A stretch of DNA of 63,106 nucleotides, counting the filler, from Candidatus Eiseniibacteriota bacterium (lineage in GTDB: Bacteria > Orphanbacterota > Orphanbacteria > Orphanbacterales > Orphanbacteraceae): assembly GCA_043809585.1 (NCBI GenBank). It is 9 parts of 8 records of this genome, joined end to end, with 100 filler letters (N's around TTAATTAATTAA, not from the genome) between each part and the next. Parts side by side here need not be neighbours in the genome. Positions count along the whole stretch, not along the records: positions 60,468 to 63,106 come from JBDROZ010000048.1; 8 more parts are not named here. One strand, given 5' to 3'. A model generated the notes under the pieces. The model was not told where the DNA came from. It worked only from the letters and a program-made list of their open reading frames with translations, and did not search any database. Within the stretch, counting starts at the first letter, position 1. Each line of letters begins with the position of its first letter. The translations under genes and the position numbers were made by a program. Shown here piece after piece: positions 60,758-63,106 of the stretch.

Positions 60758-62389
60758 GTGTCTTACCTCGTTCTCGCAAGGAAGTGGCGGCCGTCCCGGT
60801 TCGGGGATCTGGTCGGGCAGGAGCACGTGGCCCGGACGCTGGAGAACGCCATTCGACAGGACCGGGTGGCCCACGCCTACCTCTTCACCGGTCCCCGGGG
60901 CGTGGGCAAGACGTCGACGGCCCGCATTCTCGCCGCCGCCCTCAACTGCGACAAAGGACCGACGCCGGAGCCGTGCGGCGAGTGCGGCTGCTGCAAGGAG
61001 GTGGCCGCGGGGCGGAGCCTCGACGTCCTCGAGATCGACGGCGCCTCGAACCGGGGGATCGACGAGATCCGAGACCTCCGGGAGAGCGTCCGCTACATGG
61101 CCTCGGCGGGCAAACGGAAGATTTACATCATCGACGAGGTCCACATGCTCACGGGGGAGGCGTTCAACGCGCTGTTGAAGACCCTCGAGGAGCCCCCCTC
61201 CCACGTCCTTTTCGTCTTCGCCACCACCCGGCCGACCAAAGTGCCCACGACGATCCTCTCCCGGGTCATCCGCTTCGACTTCCGGAGGATCGACGCCAAG
61301 GCGATCGTGGGCCGGCTGAAGATGATCACCGGGGCGGAGAAGATCGAAGCCGACGAGAAGGCCCTGCACCTGGTCGCCCGCGCGGCGGACGGGAGCATGC
61401 GGGACGCCCTCTCCCTGCTCGAGCAGGCCCGCGCCTACGGCGGCGGAAGACTCGTGGCCGGCGAGACGGAAGAGGCCCTCGGCGTCGTCGACGATGCCCA
61501 GCTCTTCGCCATCTCGAAGGCGGCCCGGGAGGGGGATACCCTCGCGGCCATGGAGACGGTGAACGAGATGGTGAACCGGGGACGCGACCCCCTCGATTTT
61601 TTGCTCGCCCTGGAGGAGCACTTCCGGGACCTGCTCGTGGCGCGGGTGAGCAAAAACCCGGAGGGGCTCATCGACGCGGCGGAAGAGACGATCGCTCTCT
61701 ATAAAGAAGAAGCCGGCCGCTTCGAGCCGGACGACCTGATCCGGATGCTGACGCTCCTCGGCGAAGGGGCGAGGGAGATGCGTTTTTCGCCGAAGCCCCG
61801 TCTCGTTCTGGAAATGCTCCTTCTCCGGCTCGTCCGTATGGACTCGACGGTGCCGCTCGCGGAGATTCTCTCCCGCCTTTCGAAGGGGACCCCCGCCCCC
61901 GCGGCGGCGCACCGGAAGCCGGCGGCTCCCCCCGCCCCTCCCGGGCCGGTGGTCCCCCCGAAGCCGCCGGCCCCGGCGAGGACCGCCGCGCCTCGGAAGA
62001 AGAAGGCCGCCGGTTCGAAGGCGCCCGCCCCCACCGACGCCGATCCCCGTCTCTTCAAGTCCCGCTGGGGGGAGTTCGTGGAGCACCTCCGCAAGGAGAG
62101 CCCCTCCCTCGCCTCGCTGCTCGACGGCGCGCTCCCCGGAAAGGCGACGCCCGACGCTTTCGAGATCGCATTCCCGAAGGGGGCGACCTTCCAGATGGAA
62201 CAGGCCCTCGGCCGGGAAAACAAGGAAGAGCTCGAGCAGGTCTTCTCCGGTTTCTTCCGCTCCCCCCGCCGCATCCGGGGCACTCTCGGCTCCCACACCA
62301 TGGAAACCGCCCGGGACAAGAAGACGGCCATCAAGGACGATCCCCGCATCGGCCGCCTCCTCGACGCGCTGGACGGGGAAATCCTCTGA
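60758..62389 (+). CDS. dnaX: DNA polymerase III subunit gamma/tau
   Basis: YLVLARKWRP, GPRGVGKTS, C4 zinc site, EIDGASNRG, IIDEVHML, FNALLKTLEEPP, GSMRDALSLL. Confidence 0.97.
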   Translation: MSYLVLARKWRPSRFGDLVGQEHVARTLENAIRQDRVAHAYLFTGPRGVGKTSTARILAAALNCDKGPTPEPCGECGCCKEVAAGRSLDVLEIDGASNRGIDEIRDLRESVRYMASAGKRKIYIIDEVHMLTGEAFNALLKTLEEPPSHVLFVFATTRPTKVPTTILSRVIRFDFRRIDAKAIVGRLKMITGAEKIEADEKALHLVARAADGSMRDALSLLEQARAYGGGRLVAGETEEALGVVDDAQLFAISKAAREGDTLAAMETVNEMVNRGRDPLDFLLALEEHFRDLLVARVSKNPEGLIDAAEETIALYKEEAGRFEPDDLIRMLTLLGEGAREMRFSPKPRLVLEMLLLRLVRMDSTVPLAEILSRLSKGTPAPAAAHRKPAAPPAPPGPVVPPKPPAPARTAAPRKKKAAGSKAPAPTDADPRLFKSRWGEFVEHLRKESPSLASLLDGALPGKATPDAFEIAFPKGATFQMEQALGRENKEELEQVFSGFFRSPRRIRGTLGSHTMETARDKKTAIKDDPRIGRLLDALDGEIL

Positions 62390-62502
62390 TCCGCGATCCG
62401 AACCCGGTCCTGCTGCGGAGACGCGGCGCGGGCTGCGAGGGCGCTTCTCCTTCGTCGCCGTCCAGGTTGTCTGGGTCCCGGACCCTGCCGTTCATCACCC
62501 CG

Positions 62503-62548
62503 CCGTTCGTCCTGAGTGGCTCGAGCGGAGCGAGAGCTGTATCGAAGG
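62503..62548 (-). repeat. REP-like repeat upstream of GIY-YIG (inverted orientation)
   Basis: Reverse complement CCTTCGATACA-hairpin-CACTCAGGACGAACGG matches the downstream copies. Confidence 0.8.
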
Positions 62549-62585
62549 ATGAACCGGCGGAAGGAAATGGAGTTGAAGAAGACGG

Positions 62586-62876
62586 ATGAAGCCGTTTTGG
62601 ACCTACATGGTCTTGTGTGGCGACGGCACGTACTATGTCGGACACACAGACAATCTGGAAAGAAGAATCGCCGAACACAATGAAGGTGTCGTTCCCGGTT
62701 ACACCAGGAAGAGAAAGCCGGTTACACTTGTTTGGGCCGGGGAGTTTCCTACCCGTATCGATGCCTTGGAGAGGGAAATGCAAATCAAGGGATGGAGCCG
62801 GAAGAAGAAGGAATCGCTGATTCGGGGTGATTGGGACCGGCTATGCGATTCCGCCAAAAAGCGATTCAATAGGTAG
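62586..62876 (+). CDS. Small GIY-YIG nuclease (UPF0213/YhbQ-like)
   Basis: WTYMVLCGDGTYYVGHTDNLERRIAEH, YT..RKPVTLV, ALEREMQIKGWSRKKKESLI; visibly lower GC than the flanks. Confidence 0.93.
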   Translation: MKPFWTYMVLCGDGTYYVGHTDNLERRIAEHNEGVVPGYTRKRKPVTLVWAGEFPTRIDALEREMQIKGWSRKKKESLIRGDWDRLCDSAKKRFNR

Positions 62877-63106
62877 TGGCCCTTCCCCCGGTTCGACCCT
62901 TCGATACACCGCCTCCCTTCGGTCGGCGGCACTCAGGGCGAACGGGGGATGGTGAGCGCGGCACAGTCAGAGGACGGGGATCCCGCCCCCAAGCGGGTAG
63001 TGGCCCTTCCCCCGGTTCGACCCTTCGATACACCGCCTCCCTTCGGTCGGCGGCACTCAGGGCGAACGGGGGATGGTGAGCGCGGCACGGTCAGAGGACG
63101 GGGATC
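62872..63106 (+). repeat. 124-bp tandem repeat (2 units, second cut by the window end) containing a REP-like hairpin
   Basis: 62872-62995 versus 62996-63106 with one mismatch; core CCCTTCGATACACCGCC..TTCG..GGCGGCACTCAGGGCGAACGG. Confidence 0.9.

Noticed and set aside
62872-63106. Possible CRISPR array next to a nuclease
   Set aside because: The whole 124-bp unit is duplicated, so there are no unique spacers.

Overview
The window is a concatenation of nine contigs joined by eight artificial 100-bp spacers (N44-TTAATTAATTAA-N44), so gene order across a spacer means nothing. The DNA is high-GC and comes from a diderm bacterium. Its lpxC-fabZ fusion, FlgD-Ig/CTD-tailed and gingipain-type secreted proteins, and 'WGxxKxxFR' C-termini suggest an FCB-related candidate phylum such as Eisenbacteria, Krumholzibacteria or Latescibacteria; this is inference. 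Housekeeping content: skp-lpxD-lpxC/fabZ-(lpxA), der-plsY-merR-tRNA-Pro(GGG), archaeal-type pheS/pheT, a second EF-G, yebC, dnaX, hutH, an RND efflux operon and a LolA-like/ABC operon. The main observations are: (1) secreted proteases (C25 gingipain-like and M4/M36-like) share an Ig-like tail, which ends in a dockerin-like module in the one complete copy, and the gingipain is co-encoded with a small cohesin-like + CTD protein whose 3' end is duplicated upstream, making a candidate cellulosome-like protease display system; (2) two unrelated secreted proteins share a short C-terminal (S/T)WGT(V/I)KxxFR motif, a candidate sorting signal; (3) a ~175-nt structured non-coding element occurs twice, with a conserved core and covarying stems; (4) a small GIY-YIG gene is bracketed by inverted REP-like repeats; (5) HutH has Ala-Cys-Gly in place of the MIO Ala-Ser-Gly triad; (6) PheT carries a CxxC..CxxC insertion; (7) the TetR gene ahead of the efflux pump is internally deleted; (8) several palindromic repeat families share an apical hairpin core. 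All protein calls come from motif recognition by eye, and no database search was run.
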